From Paramecium tetraurelia (taxonomy: Eukaryota), in assembly GCA_000165425.1 (NCBI GenBank), contig CT868263.1, positions 124,001 through 188,000 of the forward strand: a DNA stretch of 64,000 nucleotides, read 5' to 3'. Position numbers and translations under genes: made by a program. Below the pieces are notes generated by a model, which saw only the letters and a program-made list of their open reading frames with translations, was not told the origin of the DNA and ran no database searches. Positions within the stretch are counted from its first letter, which is position 1, and each line of letters begins with the position of its first letter. Shown here in pieces: positions 12,662-27,197 of the stretch.

Positions 12662-14692
12662 TCAAATATTCTATTTATTGAACCAATATTTTCCTTCTCC
12701 ATCAAATTTGAGAATGTACTCATGGAATTTAAATAATGATTGTCTGTGTGATACTGTAAACAAAGTAATATTTAATGCTTTGGCTTTATTATACATGATA
12801 GCTTCAATGTCCATGCTAACAGAAGATGTACATTCATCTATTTAAGATATTAGTTATAATACCTAATATAGCATATTAAGGTTTATGATAGAATAATCTT
12901 GCCATTGCAATTCGTTGTTTTTCTCCTCCACTCAAAACATCATTCCAATCATTGGCTGCATCTAAACCTCTTTCCCTATAAACAAGATATTCTAATTAAA
13001 CATCCTCTAATAATTTAATCAAATCTTAATCATTTATCTTTCTTCTTAACATTTATAATTTTGTATGAGGATAAATAATTTAATCTCTCAAAGTTCCTGG
13101 TGGCAAATAAGGTCTTTAAGGAATATAAAATAATTTATCAATTGCAGGTCTATATAGAGTACCTCCTTAGACTGGCCATAGAGCTCCCAAAATTCTGAAT
13201 AGAGATGATTTACCGCATCCATTTGGTCCACTAATGATAACATTCATTCCAGGAGTAATTTTAAATGACATCCCTTTAATAAGTGTATCCCCATTAGGAG
13301 AAATAATTGGTACATTTTCAAATTCAATAATGTCATCTGTTTAAATAATCTAATATTAAGACATTAAGTTACTTATCCTTTATCTAATTATATTGTTTAA
13401 TGCTTTCCTTAATCTATCACTACTTATCCAGTTTCATTTTCTTATTAAACTTAAGTTCGTCTATAATATCCAGAGGTTAGATCAGATAATACTTCTTTTA
13501 TTTCATAAACAACCCTTGTGTATCCAGCTAATTATTATATTTCTTTGTAGCTAACAACTAATCTACCAATTGCTTTTGCCAAATTTATCAAAAGTGAACT
13601 ATTACTTACATAATCTCTTGTAATGGCACTTTTATCATTTCCAATTTTTTTCAAATACTCTTCTCTATTAGGTCCAAATACAGGTAATCCCATAATTCCA
13701 TATCCAGCCATAACTGCACCATATTTAACAAGAAGTCCATCAAAAATACCCATAAATAATCTGAGTTTATTCACAACTATTTAATGCTTGTTTAATTGTT
13801 AATAGGATTAATTAATTTTAAGTTTTTCCCAATTTTATCCTTATAAAAATGCTACTTCTTCTGCATGATATAACAATTGACTATGAACACTTCTGTATTC
13901 ACCTTCCAATTTTTAATCAATTGCAGTTAATTTACCAAAAGCTGGGGATACTATTTTTAATAATACTCCTGAAAAGAAATACCATAAGAACACATACATA
14001 GGTCCTTAATAACCAATAGAAACAGCTAATTTTTTTGAGAACAAGAATATATCTAACACAGGTTTAGAAAAATTAGAATATATTTGAGATAATGAATTTG
14101 CCCACTTTTCTATATCTGTAGTTAATCTCTAATCAGGATTAGTAACTCGACTATCTAAATTGGAAACTTAATAAAAAATCATATTCTTGATGTATTAATC
14201 ATGGAAGTATTCAGTTAATCTCCTTCTAAATCTTAATGAAAGTGATTTGTTTAAATATTCCAAATAACTATTAACAAAGCTTGCAGGCACAGCAACTAAA
14301 CCTAATTAGACAATCTATGTATAACATTTTATTAATACTTTTTTAATAAACTTTTACAAATCACCATTAATAATTGTTTTAACTATTCTACCATTTAATG
14401 ATGAAATATAGATACTCATCATAGTACGAATAACTAAAAATACTGTTAGCACACTCAAATCCACCACTTCCATACTTTTTATTGAAGGAATAACAATTTT
14501 CAATAGATCCAAAATTCTGTTTATAAATACTTAATCAACATTCCCTTGTCCTTGTCTTCTGGGTATCTTTCTAGGAGATGATGCCTCTTTTTTCGATTTG
14601 ACAATCATTAATATTAAAACTAACAATGCTCCTGAAAGTGCCTTATTTTGAAATGATTAAGGCATAGGAATTTTGGAAAGCACATTAGGCAT
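12662..14692 (-). CDS. Peroxisomal ABC half-transporter, subfamily D (PMP70/PXA-like), copy 1
   Basis: [14 protein letters not shown], Walker [19 protein letters not shown], signature LSGGEKQR, Walker B AILDECTS; two 25-nt introns. Confidence 0.95.
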
Positions 14693-14951
14693 TAAAAATT
14701 AATTTAATTTATGATAATTATATTTAATTCGACATTATTTGACAAGTTCATTAAATAAAATAATTATCTTTCTAATACTATATTATAATATTTGTAGAGC
14801 TGTTTAATTTAAACTCAATATTTAGATAAATGTTTGATAAAGCTTGAAATATTAATAATAAATTTTACAGAGTAAAAAAATTGATTGTAAAAAATATATT
14901 TTTATATTGAAAGATTGATTTATTTTACTAATTTATTATTTATATTTATTC

Positions 14952-16982
14952 TCAAATATTTTATTTATTGAACCAATATTTTCCTTCTCCATCAAATTTG
15001 AGAATGTACTCATGGAATTTAAATAATGATTGTCTGTGTGATACTGTAAACAAAGTAATATTTAATGCTTTGGCTTTATTATACATGATAGCTTCAATGT
15101 CCATGCTAACAGAAGATGTACATTCATCTATTTAAGATATTAGTTATAATACCTAATATAGCATATTAAGGTTTATGATAGAATAATCTTGCCATTGCAA
15201 TTCGTTGTTTTTCTCCTCCACTCAAAACATCATTCCAATCATTGGCTGCATCTAAACCTCTTTCCCTATAAACAAGATATTCTAATTAAACATCCTCTAA
15301 TAATTTAATCAAATCTTAATCATTTATCTTTCTTCTTAACATTTATAATTTTGTATGAGGATAAATAATTTAGTCTCTCAAAGTTCCTGGTGGCAGATAA
15401 GGTCTTTAAGGAATATAAAATAATTTATCAATTGCAGGTCTATATAGAGTACCTCCTTAGACTGGCCATAGAGCTCCCAAAATTCTGAATAGAGATGATT
15501 TACCGCATCCATTTGGTCCACTAATAATAACATTCATTCCAGGAGTAATTTTAAATGACATCCCTTTAATAAGTGTATCCCCATTAGGAGAAATAATTGG
15601 TACATTTTCAAATTCAATAATGTCATCTGTTTAAATAATCTAATATTAAGACATTAAGTTACTTATCCTTTATCTAATTATATTGTTTAATGCTTTCCTT
15701 AATCTATTACTACTTATCCAGTTTCATTTTCTTATTAAACTTAAGTTCGTCTATAATATCCAGAGGTTAGATCAGATAATACTTCTTTTATTTCATAAAC
15801 AACCCTTGTGTATCCAGCTAATTATTATATTTCTTTGTAGCTAACAACTAATCTACCAATTGCTTTTGCCAAATTAATCAAAAGTGAACTATTACTTACA
15901 TAATCTCTTGTAATTGCACTTTTATCATTTCCAATTTTTTTCAAATACTCTTCTCTATTAGGTCCAAATACGGGTAATCCCATAATTCCATATCCAGCCA
16001 TAACTGCACCATATTTAACAAGAAGTCCATCAAAAATACCCATAAATAATCTGAGTTTATTCACAACTATTTAATGCTTGTTTAATTGTTAATAGGATTA
16101 ATTAATTTTAAGTTTTTCCCAATTTTATCCTTATAAAAATGCTACTTCTTCTGCATGATATAACAATTGACTATGAACACTTCTGTATTCACCTTCCAAT
16201 TTTTAATCAATTGCAGTTAATTTACCAAATGCTGGGGATACTATTTTTAATAATACTCCTGAAAAGAAATACCATAAGAACACATACATAGGTCCTTAAT
16301 AACCAATAGAAACAGCTAATTTTTTTGAGAACAAGAATATATCTAAAACAGGTTTAGAAAAATTAGAGTATATTTGAGATAATGAATTTGCCCACTTTTC
16401 TATATCTGTAGTTAATCTCTAATCAGGATTAGTAACTCGACTATCTAAATTGGAAACTTAATAAAAAATCATATTCTTGATGTATTAATCATGGAAGTAT
16501 TCAGTTAATCTCCTTCTAAATCTTAATGAAAGTGATTTGTTTAAATATTCCAAATAACTATTAACAAAGCTTGCAGGCACAGCAACTAAACCTAATTAAA
16601 CAATCTATGTATAACATTTTATTAATACTTTTTTAATAAACTTTTACAAATCACCATTAATAATTGTTTTAACTATTCTACCATTTAATGATGAAATATA
16701 GATACTCATCATAGTACGAATAACTAAAAATACTGTTAGCACACTCAAATCCACCACTTCCATACTTTTTATTGAAGGAATAACAATTTTCAATAGATCC
16801 AAAATTCTGTTTATAAATACTTAATCAACATTCCCTTGTCCTTGTCTTCTAGGTATCTTTCTAGGAGATGATGCCTCTTTTTTCGATTTGACAATCATTA
16901 ATATTAAAACTAGCAATGCTCCTGAAAGTGCCTTATTTTGAAATGATTAAGGCATAGGAATTTTGGATAGCACATTAGGCAT
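14952..16982 (-). CDS. Peroxisomal ABC half-transporter, subfamily D, copy 2
   Basis: Same motifs and introns as copy 1, offset by 2290 bp; protein appears identical. Confidence 0.95.
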
Positions 16983-17154
16983 TAAAAATTAATTTAATTT
17001 ATGATAATTATATTTAATTCGACATTATTTGACAAGTTCATTAAATAAAATATTAGTGCTCTCATAATAATAAATATTTAAGTTAGCACCAATTAATTTA
17101 AGAACAATTTCAATGGTTTCAATTATCTTTATAGTTTAAAATTATCTTTATTTA

Positions 17155-18980
17155 TCAAATAAAACTGCTGATCAATGTTTCAGCTTGCTTGAAATGGTTG
17201 CTTTCTAACATATTCGAAAATTCCTTGTTCATTTTAAATTTATTTCTCAATCTCCTAGTAAGCCTAATTTCCAATCTTACGTTTAAGGTGAACTAATTTT
17301 TATGTATAAAACTATCTTAATCTAGGATCCATATGCGGATTACCTTTGAGGATTTCATTTGTGTTTGAGCTCTATTTTTCTTCTTATGTGCTCTGGATTA
17401 ATAGGATAATTTACCACATTTTTTATTGCATTCATTGCAGGTACTTCTTTATTCCAAATTTGATCTTTTAATTGAGGGGAAGTTATCAAGATTATTAAAT
17501 GTATTTTTCTACTTACAGCAAATAATTCTTTGACTTTCTTATCATCTCTTATAACTGATGAATATTGTATGTGATCGTAAGACCATGGATAGGCTTAATT
17601 ATATAACAATATTTAAATAATTTCTATATACTTTGCAGAAGCTTTGCCATGCGCATAATCTGTGGCTATATATAAAGGAGTTCTATAGACAATATCCTTA
17701 GCATCAACATCAGCATTATGCTAGATTAAAATTTTTACTAAGTTTGGAAATCCCCTTTTTGCTGCCCAATGTAAACCAGTCATATGAGCATTATCAAAAT
17801 CGTAAACCAAATATGGAACTTTTTGTAATAATCTAGTGACGATAGGCTCTTGATTATCTTTAATTGCTTAGAAAAATTCAATAGAATGATCCTTTGAGTA
17901 TGGATGTGCACTAAATACATGATCTCTTATAACTTAAGCATGGGTTAGTTTGCATCTTTTTAATCTTCTAACATATGACATTACACAAGTCTTTAGTCTT
18001 TATCCTTTTTTATAGTTCTGAGGTTGATTCTGTGGCTAGGCTTAAGTCTAAGGTTAGGGTTATGGTTATGGCTGTGGTTGAGTTATTGGTTGAAGTCTTG
18101 GTTGAGGTAGGGATTGAGGTTGTGGTTGATCGGACAAGGGTAATGGTTGAGTCTAGGGTTATGTACGGGGTTAAGGTTGAGGCTATGTTTCAGTTTTGGA
18201 CAAAGTTAAAATCTGAGTTTAAATATGAGCTAGCGGTTCTGGATGACTATTAGGCTGAGGTTAATCAGAGATGCATGGTCTTGCTTTTTGCCTTTTTGCC
18301 AAAGATGCATTATTTTTTTTCTTCTCTAATTTAATTTCGCTTTCTGATAATGACTATTATACTAATCCATGATTTTATTTAGCTATAATAGATGCAGGAA
18401 TAATTTCTTCTAATATATGAAATGCTTGATTAAAACATTCCTATTTGACATTTCTATCTGGTTTAGTTTCTTTCTTCAAAGGGTTAATAATATTATAAAA
18501 ATAATCAGCCTTTAAGTCTAATTTTTGACTTGACGAATTGGACCTATTAGTAACTACGTCTCCGTAATATTCAATTTTTTCTTTCTTTTTTGCAATTTAT
18601 AATTTAGGTATTTTAATGTTTGAGAATTTAGGTGGAGATTATTTACTGGAACTTAAATCTACTGTTGTTTTAATAGGGCTGTGGATGTCTTCCTTCCAAT
18701 CTCCTTGTCTCATAAAATATTCTGATGAATGTTCAATAATTGAACTAGAGTCATTATTTTTTTGAATAACTGGTATCGAAGTTTCATCCTTTGTCCAATA
18801 GTATACCCTTTAAGACAGAGATCTTGGAGTGGGATACTATCTGGCTAATAATTTCTAATCTAATCTTTACTTTCTTCAAATTTACTTACATCTTTATTTT
18901 CTATTTAATTTCTTTGTGATCTAGTTGCGTTGTTTTTGTATTAGTTTAAATATAGGGAAGTAATTATTCTTAGGATTCAT
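17155..18980 (-). CDS. Ankyrin-repeat protein with a Gln-Pro linker
   Basis: HMTGLHWAAKRGFPNLVKILIQHNADVDAKDIVYRTPLYIA; three short introns; TGA 17155. Confidence 0.85.
18017..18267 (-). repeat. Imperfect hexamer repeat encoding (Gln-Pro)n
   Basis: YAA-CCN/YAG-CCN units translating to ...QPQPQPRTQPQTQP...QPQPQPQPQPQTQAQPQNQPQ. Confidence 0.85.
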
Positions 18981-19560
18981 TCTTTAAAAATTTATAATCG
19001 TATTTCATTTTCTATATTTATATTAAAAAATCAACTTTTTTTTAAATCAAAAAGACTAACTAAACTTTACTGCTATCTATTTTGTTTTTGTTTATTTTCT
19101 TCATTATTCTTAAATAATTTTGTTTCTCTAACTTTCCTAAACTATTCTTTTGTTCAGATAAGGACAGTTTATTTTGTCAAGCACATAAAATATTCAAAGA
19201 TTTCATTTAAAAATAATGATACGCATAGACTATTATCATGTGATTTTATTAATTATAAATAAAAGCATATTGAGATACTTAATTGTCAAATTAACTAACT
19301 TTAGAAATATAAATTAGACACTTGAATGAAAATAAGAATTAATTTAAGAGGATAAGAGAATTAAGATTTATTTTAAACTCCTGAAAAAAAAATGACTGCC
19401 ATGAAAAAGCAGTTGAATAGAAGATATATTCAATTGTGAAGCCTATATAATCAATTATTTAATCTTAGCTTTCAATTTTTTATTACATGATAAAAATAAT
19501 AAATTAGATTAAATATATAGGATCCATAAAATTAAATAACTTAAATTTAATACTCTCAAA

Positions 19561-22278
19561 TCATTATTGCTGGTGTTCAATTTAAATTCTATATTTATGA
19601 TAATAAAGAGTCATTCTTTGATGTGGGTTGTTTTGAGTATAAATATTTGTATCCCTTTGTTGTTTTAAAATCTTCTAAAAAGACTTCTTAGCCTCCACAT
19701 TAAGCTGCTTTGTCATAATTTAATGCAAATCTTCTAAACGTAATTCTTATTAATTATTACCTATAATACGTTTAAAGCAGTAAGTCTTGCAAATCCTTTC
19801 CGCAATGCAATACGCATTTGATACGAACAGTCAATAAACCAAATCTTAGTTGTGTAAAACATTCTTCTATATCTTCACTTTCTATATCGATTGTGAGCCC
19901 ATGAAGGTATGCACATAAAGGATGAAATGCATGACGACAAGGTATTGTCTCATTACCAAAGCATGTAAATCGAAATCCTATTATAATGATTAATTAATAC
20001 CCTTCAAATCACCGCAAATTGCACATTAAGGTATACTAACTTCATTATCTTTACATATTTATTTAATATCACTTTAACTACTTCTTACTTTATACACCCC
20101 TTTTTTTATGATGACTGAATTTGTTAGCAATAAACATGAAATATGATAAAATTAATTATCAATTTGTTTTTATGGTAGTCCTAATTTTTTGCAGATTGCA
20201 CATTTCGCTAAATCTGAAATAATACTCCTTTTAGTTGGCCCTAATTAGTATTGTTCAAATTGACATGCATCGCAAAGGACATCTTATTCATCTAGATTTC
20301 CTAAAAAGCAATAGCAAATTTTATGGAATGCTGTTGAACATCTTCCACAATAAATAACAGGATTAAAATCTGTATAATGATAATCAAAACATATTTTGCA
20401 ATCAGTATCAAAAGGTTTTGTATTTTCTTTTGAGCGCATTTTTTTCTTTTTTAACTAAGCCTTTTATGAAGATTGAGAATCTAAATTTAAACAAGGATAA
20501 AAAGTGTTAAGAATATCTTTTGATTTATCCTTATATCCATTAATAAAAGCTTTAACTATTTGCGACCATTTCAATATATCCATCATCATTTGTTATTTTT
20601 TTTTCAAGTTTTTTAAGGTTTAATAATCTTGGGTAGACTATATTTAATTGTTAATGTTTTTCCTCATTAAGTTGTTTTACTGAACAACTTCATTTAGGTC
20701 CTCTTTCAATGCATGGTATACAATGTCCAATTATTCCAGTGTCTCATTTTCTATATCAAGTTATTACTCTAAAAATTAATGTTAAAGTTTAATTTTGTCT
20801 TCCAATTTAACACATTGATCAAAATCCTCCTAATTTAATTCACAGAATTCTTGAAAAACAAGACTTTTTCCTACTAACTCCTTTTTAGCAAATTAATATT
20901 TGTACTTCATTCTCAAACATCGATAAATTCTTTGTCAAAGGGAAACTTTCTTGCGGGTATCTATATAGTCTTAGATTTGTTAGGATCTATCCTTTGGTGT
21001 TCGTTCGACCAATATAATCAGTAAAATTATATCGTATAAATCTAAAAGATTGTTTTACAATTTGAGTACTAATAGGAAGATTGTGAAGTTCGAAATACAA
21101 CATTCATGGAGTCTCTATAATGATATCTTAACTATATTATTGGCTCTATCTATAAATCAAAGCTTTACCAAAATTACTCGCATCCGAGATATCTAAAAGT
21201 TCTTAATCTAAAACTTATTCATGCCATTAAAATAAATTTTCTTATTCTTCTAATTTTGTTAAGCCCATGTTTACTTCTCCTTTAAAAAACACATCATCAA
21301 TCTTCTCCCACCATTTTGCAATAGCTAAATCCCTCTTTGCTTCTCGCTCTTACATTGGAAATTCTGGATCTTCTAAAGTTATTTTAGTTATCTAAGGGAA
21401 AATTTATTAGATTATTTATTCATTTTTCTGATTTTCAATTTCTATTTATTAAAATTTTTGAGGTTATTATTAAATTTATGGCTCTTACTTTAAAGGTTTC
21501 TCATAATGATGAATTTATTGTTAGAATTAATAATTTATGGTTAGCGACGGTGCTTTATCAGCTACTTCTGTCTGCACTTTATTCTCCAATTTATTAGAAA
21601 AGGTTTAATTAATCAAATCGATAGTTATTATACTTTTTGGAATCACCAAAAGACTATGAGAAATCGATTTTTTAGATTGTGACTCCTCTCCATCACTGAA
21701 TTTTAAACTTTTGCTTGAAGTTCTTGATTTTTTTCTATGGGAACGGGATCTTCTATGGGAATATTTCTTTTTATGCTTATTTTTATGTTTAGATCTATTA
21801 CGAGAATATGGTTCTTCATATTATTCATTCTGAACTATGTAAGAGGTATAAAGGGAATTAACCGCTTCATCTAAATCAATAACAACATTTTAGATTGAAT
21901 CATGGTATGAGCAAAATATCAATAACTTAGGAGGGCGATGACCATTCTCAAGATTCTTAGATATTTAAGGGCTGTCTACGCAATCAAAGTGAAAGCTCTT
22001 TTTACATAAACTTGTAGGAATTACACATTCTAATTATACCTATATGAACAATGAACAACTTATTTATAGTTTTTTTTCCCACATATTGAGCAATGCCTCA
22101 AGTAATCCTTGTAATATAATTTTTGATTGACTGCCAAGCGATGATTCCAATCAGATTTGTAAAATAATAGGCACTTTTTATGGATATACTTGTATTCCTT
22201 TGAGGATTTGAAATGAGGAAGCAATTTCAGCAGTCCTTCTGATTTCCTTCCACACACAACACAATTTTTATATACCAT
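19561..22278 (-). CDS. PHD/PZP zinc-finger chromatin protein (BRPF/JADE/AF10-like module)
   Basis: C-terminal CKICFDYHYTDFNPVIYCGRCSTAFHKICY...LCDAC, then CAIC...YHISC...CAICGD...CRHAFHPLCAYLHG; N-terminal extended PHD CVVC...HKKC...CSIC...CKKSFHFDC...FCSYH. Confidence 0.85.
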
Positions 22279-23177
22279 TAATATTAATTATTTTATATCT
22301 CATCTTTTCATGAATTCTAAAAAATTAAAAGGTTTTGTGTTTAATTAGTAATAAATCTAATCAAATTTGGTAATATAGCATTTTAATTTTAACTTTATGC
22401 ATTCATTATAAATTTAAGTAGTGAATATTATTTCATAAATCCGAAGAGTCCCTAAGGTAGAAAATTCCTAAAAGAAGTAAAAAGTTAATTAAAGTCAAAA
22501 CTAATAAGTCACCTACTTTTTATTTTTTAATTATTGCACCTCTAAATATTTCAATAAAAATTGAAAGACTTAAATTAAAATCTATTAAGTTATTTAAATT
22601 GAATGAATATTTCATAATTTATATTTTCAGTCTCGCCTACATATTAAGAGAACCTTATAAATATTTTAGTTATGTATTACAATTTCTAAGTCTCTCTGAA
22701 ATAAACTACATCATTAACTAGCTTATTTGTAATTATATTAGTCACAAATAAATATTTTTTCTTCATTTTAACTAACATACTTAAGCCTATATATAAAGTA
22801 TCTTTGAGAATATTATTCATCGAATATAACTTCAATTTTTTTTTGAATAATTTTCATGTACTAAAGAGTTCAAGTTGTTGCATTAAGAATATTAGGTATT
22901 TTTAAATAATCAAATAATGCTCTTTAAAATTGAGATTAATTGAAATGTCATTATGCTCAAATTAACTATTACTAAATTTAATTTGACCATTAGATGTATT
23001 TGAGAATTTGATAAGAAATAAATGGATGGGTATAATCTTAATGTAGTCCTAACTTTATAATGAACTTATTAATTTTAGGAGTCACTAGATGACCAGGATT
23101 CTTTTATTTATTAAAGTTATAATCAATAATAAAAAACAATAAAAATTCTAGATTAAAAATTAATTACTGTAATATTG

Positions 23178-23712
23178 TCAGTATTTCAATGACCACCAGT
23201 CACCTTCTTTTTCTTTATATAATGCTATGTAGATATAATGTTTTTTTTCGTATATTTTTGATTTCTCAGGAACTATTTTCTCTCTAGTCCTAGGAATTTT
23301 TAAAGCATATTCAACTAACTCATTCACGTTGATATTAAACTCAAATCCATCATTTTAGAATTAAGCATTCATAGCTATAATAGGCGTGTCTTTGATTTCT
23401 GGATAATCATTTCTATCTATTAATATTCTAGAACATTAGATAGAAAATTACTTCATCCACATTCCATCATTCATAAATTTATATTTTATGATGCTTTTAA
23501 CTTGTTTTTCAGGTTGTTTGATTCTTTCTTGAATTAATTAAGGAGAACCTCCAGATGTAATTAATTATTGAGCATTTAAGATTTTTTATGCTTCTTCAGA
23601 TAGAGGTAATCCAGAATTATAATACTAGAAATAAATTACTAAGTATTACAGAGGTATTTTTATGAAGATCTTATGATTATTGAACAATGTTTTATTCGTA
23701 TTCAATTTCCAT
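23178..23712 (-). CDS. CS (p23/CacyBP-SIP-like) domain protein
   Basis: IIKYKFMNDGMWMKILID...AQFQNDGFEFNI...LKIPRTREKIVPEKSKIYEKKHYIYIALYKEKEGDWWSL resembles the CS beta-sandwich pattern; two introns. Confidence 0.65.
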
Positions 23713-24225
23713 TAAAAATATTTATGAATCAAATTATTCTCATTTTTATTATTTATACAATTCATTACCAAAATAAATGAAAATAATAATTATCAACAAT
23801 TGTAATATCTATTAAAATGTTGGAACATTTTTTAATTCAACTAAATCATAAATGTGTAATATTTTTAATGAAAATGATTATCAATTGGAAATATAAAGCG
23901 AACCTATAAATTAGGATAAAATGCTACAGTTAAGAAGGAAGGCTATCAACATTCGTCTTTCAAAAAAATATACAAGATCACCCACAATTAAAAAAGTATC
24001 ATCTTAATTAAGGATGATAACTTAATTGTTTATGTTGAATAAAATAATTAAAATTTTAGCAGTAAAATAAGGTTTGTTTTGAAAAAAAACTTAAAAGAAA
24101 AAAAATAAAATATCTTGAGATTCATTTTACTGTTTTAAAGCATGTTTTATGATTTGATAATTAAAAATAGAAAGAAAAATAGTATATTCGGATGACTATT
24201 TTATATTGATTTGCCCAAATATAAA

Positions 24226-25340
24226 TCAATTTTCACCATCTGCTTTTTACTATTATTATTAATTTTGACTCTATAATTTTTTCTGATTATTAAGTTCTAA
24301 GATTTCTGCTCTTAATTTATCTTTTTCTTTTTCAATATTTTCTATTTATTATTTTAAATCTGCATTCTTGGTTATATTGAGATAAATATACTTTTTATGC
24401 TATTTCTACTGTTAATAAATTAGCTTTATCAGCTCTCTACTAATTTAAAATACTTTTTTCTTCATCCTCCTTGACTTTAAAAGCTAATTTTAAGAACTCC
24501 ACGGTTAAATTCTGAAAAGTGCTTGTTGATTTCTCAAAAGTCTCAACAAATTCATTTTGTTTTCCTTTGTATACTTATAATTTCATTTTTTTATCATTTA
24601 ACTACTTTTATGCATCTTATATTAATTATTTTTCTTGCATTGCCTTTTGAGCATCCCCTTACATTTTTTCAAATTATTCCATGTACTTCTTGGTATCATT
24701 CTTTTGTTCCTCTTCATTCAATTTAACTTTCTCCCAGAAATCCTTCTCCTTTTGTTCATATTATGCAATTAAGGCTTGCATTTCTTCACGAATTCTATTA
24801 TATAAGAAAACATATTTACTTTAAGTTTTCTTCAGCGAATTTTTAGGCATCAGTATCTTCTTATTGAATCTTATCTTTTACATCTTTTACATCTTCATAA
24901 AATTTATCTTTCATTGATTTTCTATTAGCTTCTTCTATTTCCGGCAATTTTTTAATAGTCTCATTTATTTTTTTCGCATTAAAATCAATCTCTTAGCAAT
25001 TTTGTTTTAATTTTATTAATTTATCTTATAATTGTGGATATTCCTTATGTAATAATTATTCTTTCTCTTGAGTTTCTTCCTTTGCTCTTTTTCTTTAAAT
25101 ATATTCATCCTATTGCAATACTAATGAAAATTCAAGCTAAACTCATTATTCTATTATATACAAATTGATTTCCTAATTATTTTAATTATTCAATTGACAG
25201 ATCTTCATTCAAATTTTTTATTAATTCTTTATACGATTCCTCTAAAGCATAGAATTAATAATACCTGCTTTAGTGAAATCAATGTTATCTACTACTTTTT
25301 CTGATAATTATGCAATTTTCTAAGCCAAGAGGTCTTACAT
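24226..25340 (-). CDS. Taxilin-family coiled-coil protein
   Basis: ENLKIREEMQALIAQYEQKEKDF and YKGKQNEFVETFEKSTSTFQNL match taxilin blocks recalled from memory; three introns. Confidence 0.68.
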
Positions 25341-25371
25341 TATTCAAAATTTAAATTTAATATTAATATTA

Positions 25372-26367
25372 TCATTTCTTACTTTGAGGTTTTGTTTAAT
25401 AAACCTTTTTATTCTAGATACCTTATAAATTTAATATAATTAGATCAAAATCAACTAGTATATCCAACTTATTTAAGGCATAGAAGTTCTTATTTTTTTT
25501 ATGATTGTCTAGGTTTTTTGGGTCAAATTTAAACAATTGAAAAAAAATGATTTTTAATGCCTTTAAAATCATCAATAATTAATTATACAGATAATATAGT
25601 AATAAATGAATCAACTTATTACTAATCTTAGGATTTCTACTTTTAAATTGCTTAATAGAAAAGAATATTTTTCTCCTTTAATTCTTCCTTTATTGTTTAT
25701 ACTAGATATCAAATGAATATGTTACTTCCTTTAATCAAATTCATAATTGCTATAAATATAAAACGACAAGGTAAATCTCTATATATGTTTCTTAGTCATC
25801 TATTTTTGTAAATTAAATGAAGGATTAAAGTTCTTATATGATTATCAGAATACTTAAATAATATTTATTACATAGATAATCTTATGATTTGATTTTCAAC
25901 TTCATTTCGAATAAGTATATCTTAAAATGTGACATATTCCCATTTATCCATATTAATTAGCATTTTATCAACAAAATCAAAAAGGTGACCCAGGCTTTAA
26001 ATATCAATTTCAATCATTTGTTTAAGTAGTTTATTAATTCTTAAATAAAATAAGAGAGTTACTTTGAATTTATTATTCGGCTTATTATAATTTTATTAAT
26101 AAAATTACTAAAGAATATTTCTAATTCGTTAAATAATTTTTCTCAGAATCTTAATTTTTAGCTTAGAATAGTGCTTAGTTATTTATTTAATCTTGAGTCT
26201 TAACTCTTCGGAATATCTACTCTATCGAAATTAAAGTGAGTTTATTAGAGTAGTTAAATTTCTTTGTTAACTTATTTGGATTAATAGATAATTCTATGCG
26301 ATTCAATTAGAAAGCTGAATCAAATAGTGCAGAAAAAAACTACTTTTTCTTTTTTTTCTTATTCCAT
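25372..26367 (-). CDS. Hypothetical protein
   Basis: ATG 26367, long open code-6 frames with at least one intron; 3' end uncertain. Confidence 0.45.
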
Positions 26368-26388
26368 AAATTATTTTAAATATATATA

Positions 26389-27028
26389 TCAAAATCTTGT
26401 TTTAGTTTTTGGTTCTACTTTTTCAAATTCTTTCAGTTTGAATTATGGTTGCTATGATTTGTTTAAAGATTTTGTTAAGCTTTAGTAAGCTAATTTACTT
26501 GCCTTAGTATGTTTTGTTGCTGTCGAAGGTCTTTTATTTTATTATTGTTTATATTTTGTTATTGCATCATATTTCTTATCCATTAATTGTTCTGCTTCAT
26601 TCATATAACTGCCACTTAACACATTCTTCATTGGAGATTAAGGTAAATAGGGTTTGCCATAACGAAAGTTTTCGTCAGGTAAATTCATTTCAATTTAACT
26701 GCATCCTCTTCTTCTAAAGACTCTTGCATCGTTACTTTACCTGAACAGATAAAATTGTTTCTGATCATGCAACTTGCTTGAAATACACATTTTATTTAAT
26801 TTCATAAAATCTCTATCAGGTGGATTTTATTCACTGTTATTATGATAATACCAAGTTGATGTTACTAGAGTGAAATAACATATTACCTTGTGATGCCCCT
26901 TCAGTGTCGTGAACAATTGCTTTGCCAAAATAAATATCATTAGGAATGGTGTAGATTGATTACTTTGCTGCTCCAACTGAGTCTTTTAACAATAACGAAT
27001 TCGCTCTATTTTTGTTCCAAGGTTTCAT
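26389..27028 (-). CDS. CFAP77: Cilia- and flagella-associated protein 77 (DUF4483) family
   Basis: NSLLLKDSVGAAK...YFGKAIVHDTEGA...W...RDFMKLNKMCI...FRQSNDAR...LPDENFRYGKPYLPQSPMKNVLSGSY. Confidence 0.8.
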
Positions 27029-27197
27029 AAAATTAATGATAATATTAAAATTAATTATAACTAATATATCTGATGATTAGAAAATATTTATAATTTAAAA
27101 CTATGATCAGATCACAGCAAAAATTCTTGATTTAGAAAATATAAGAGATATATATATTTAAAAACTAACATAAACAATACTTTTAGGCACTAGCCCA

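Larger units (their letters stand above)
12625..17052. repeat. Direct duplication of ~2.14 kb units (~12625-14762 and ~14914-17052) separated by ~150 bp of non-identical spacer
   Basis: Line-by-line comparison; >99% identical in the CDS. Confidence 0.95.

Noticed and set aside
17975..18253. Val-rich plus-strand ORF resembling a membrane protein
   Set aside because: It is the reverse complement of the Gln-Pro repeat of the ankyrin gene
22310..22990. Long TGA-free plus-strand frame
   Set aside because: With a single stop codon in very AT-rich DNA such frames arise by chance; the translation shows no recognisable motif
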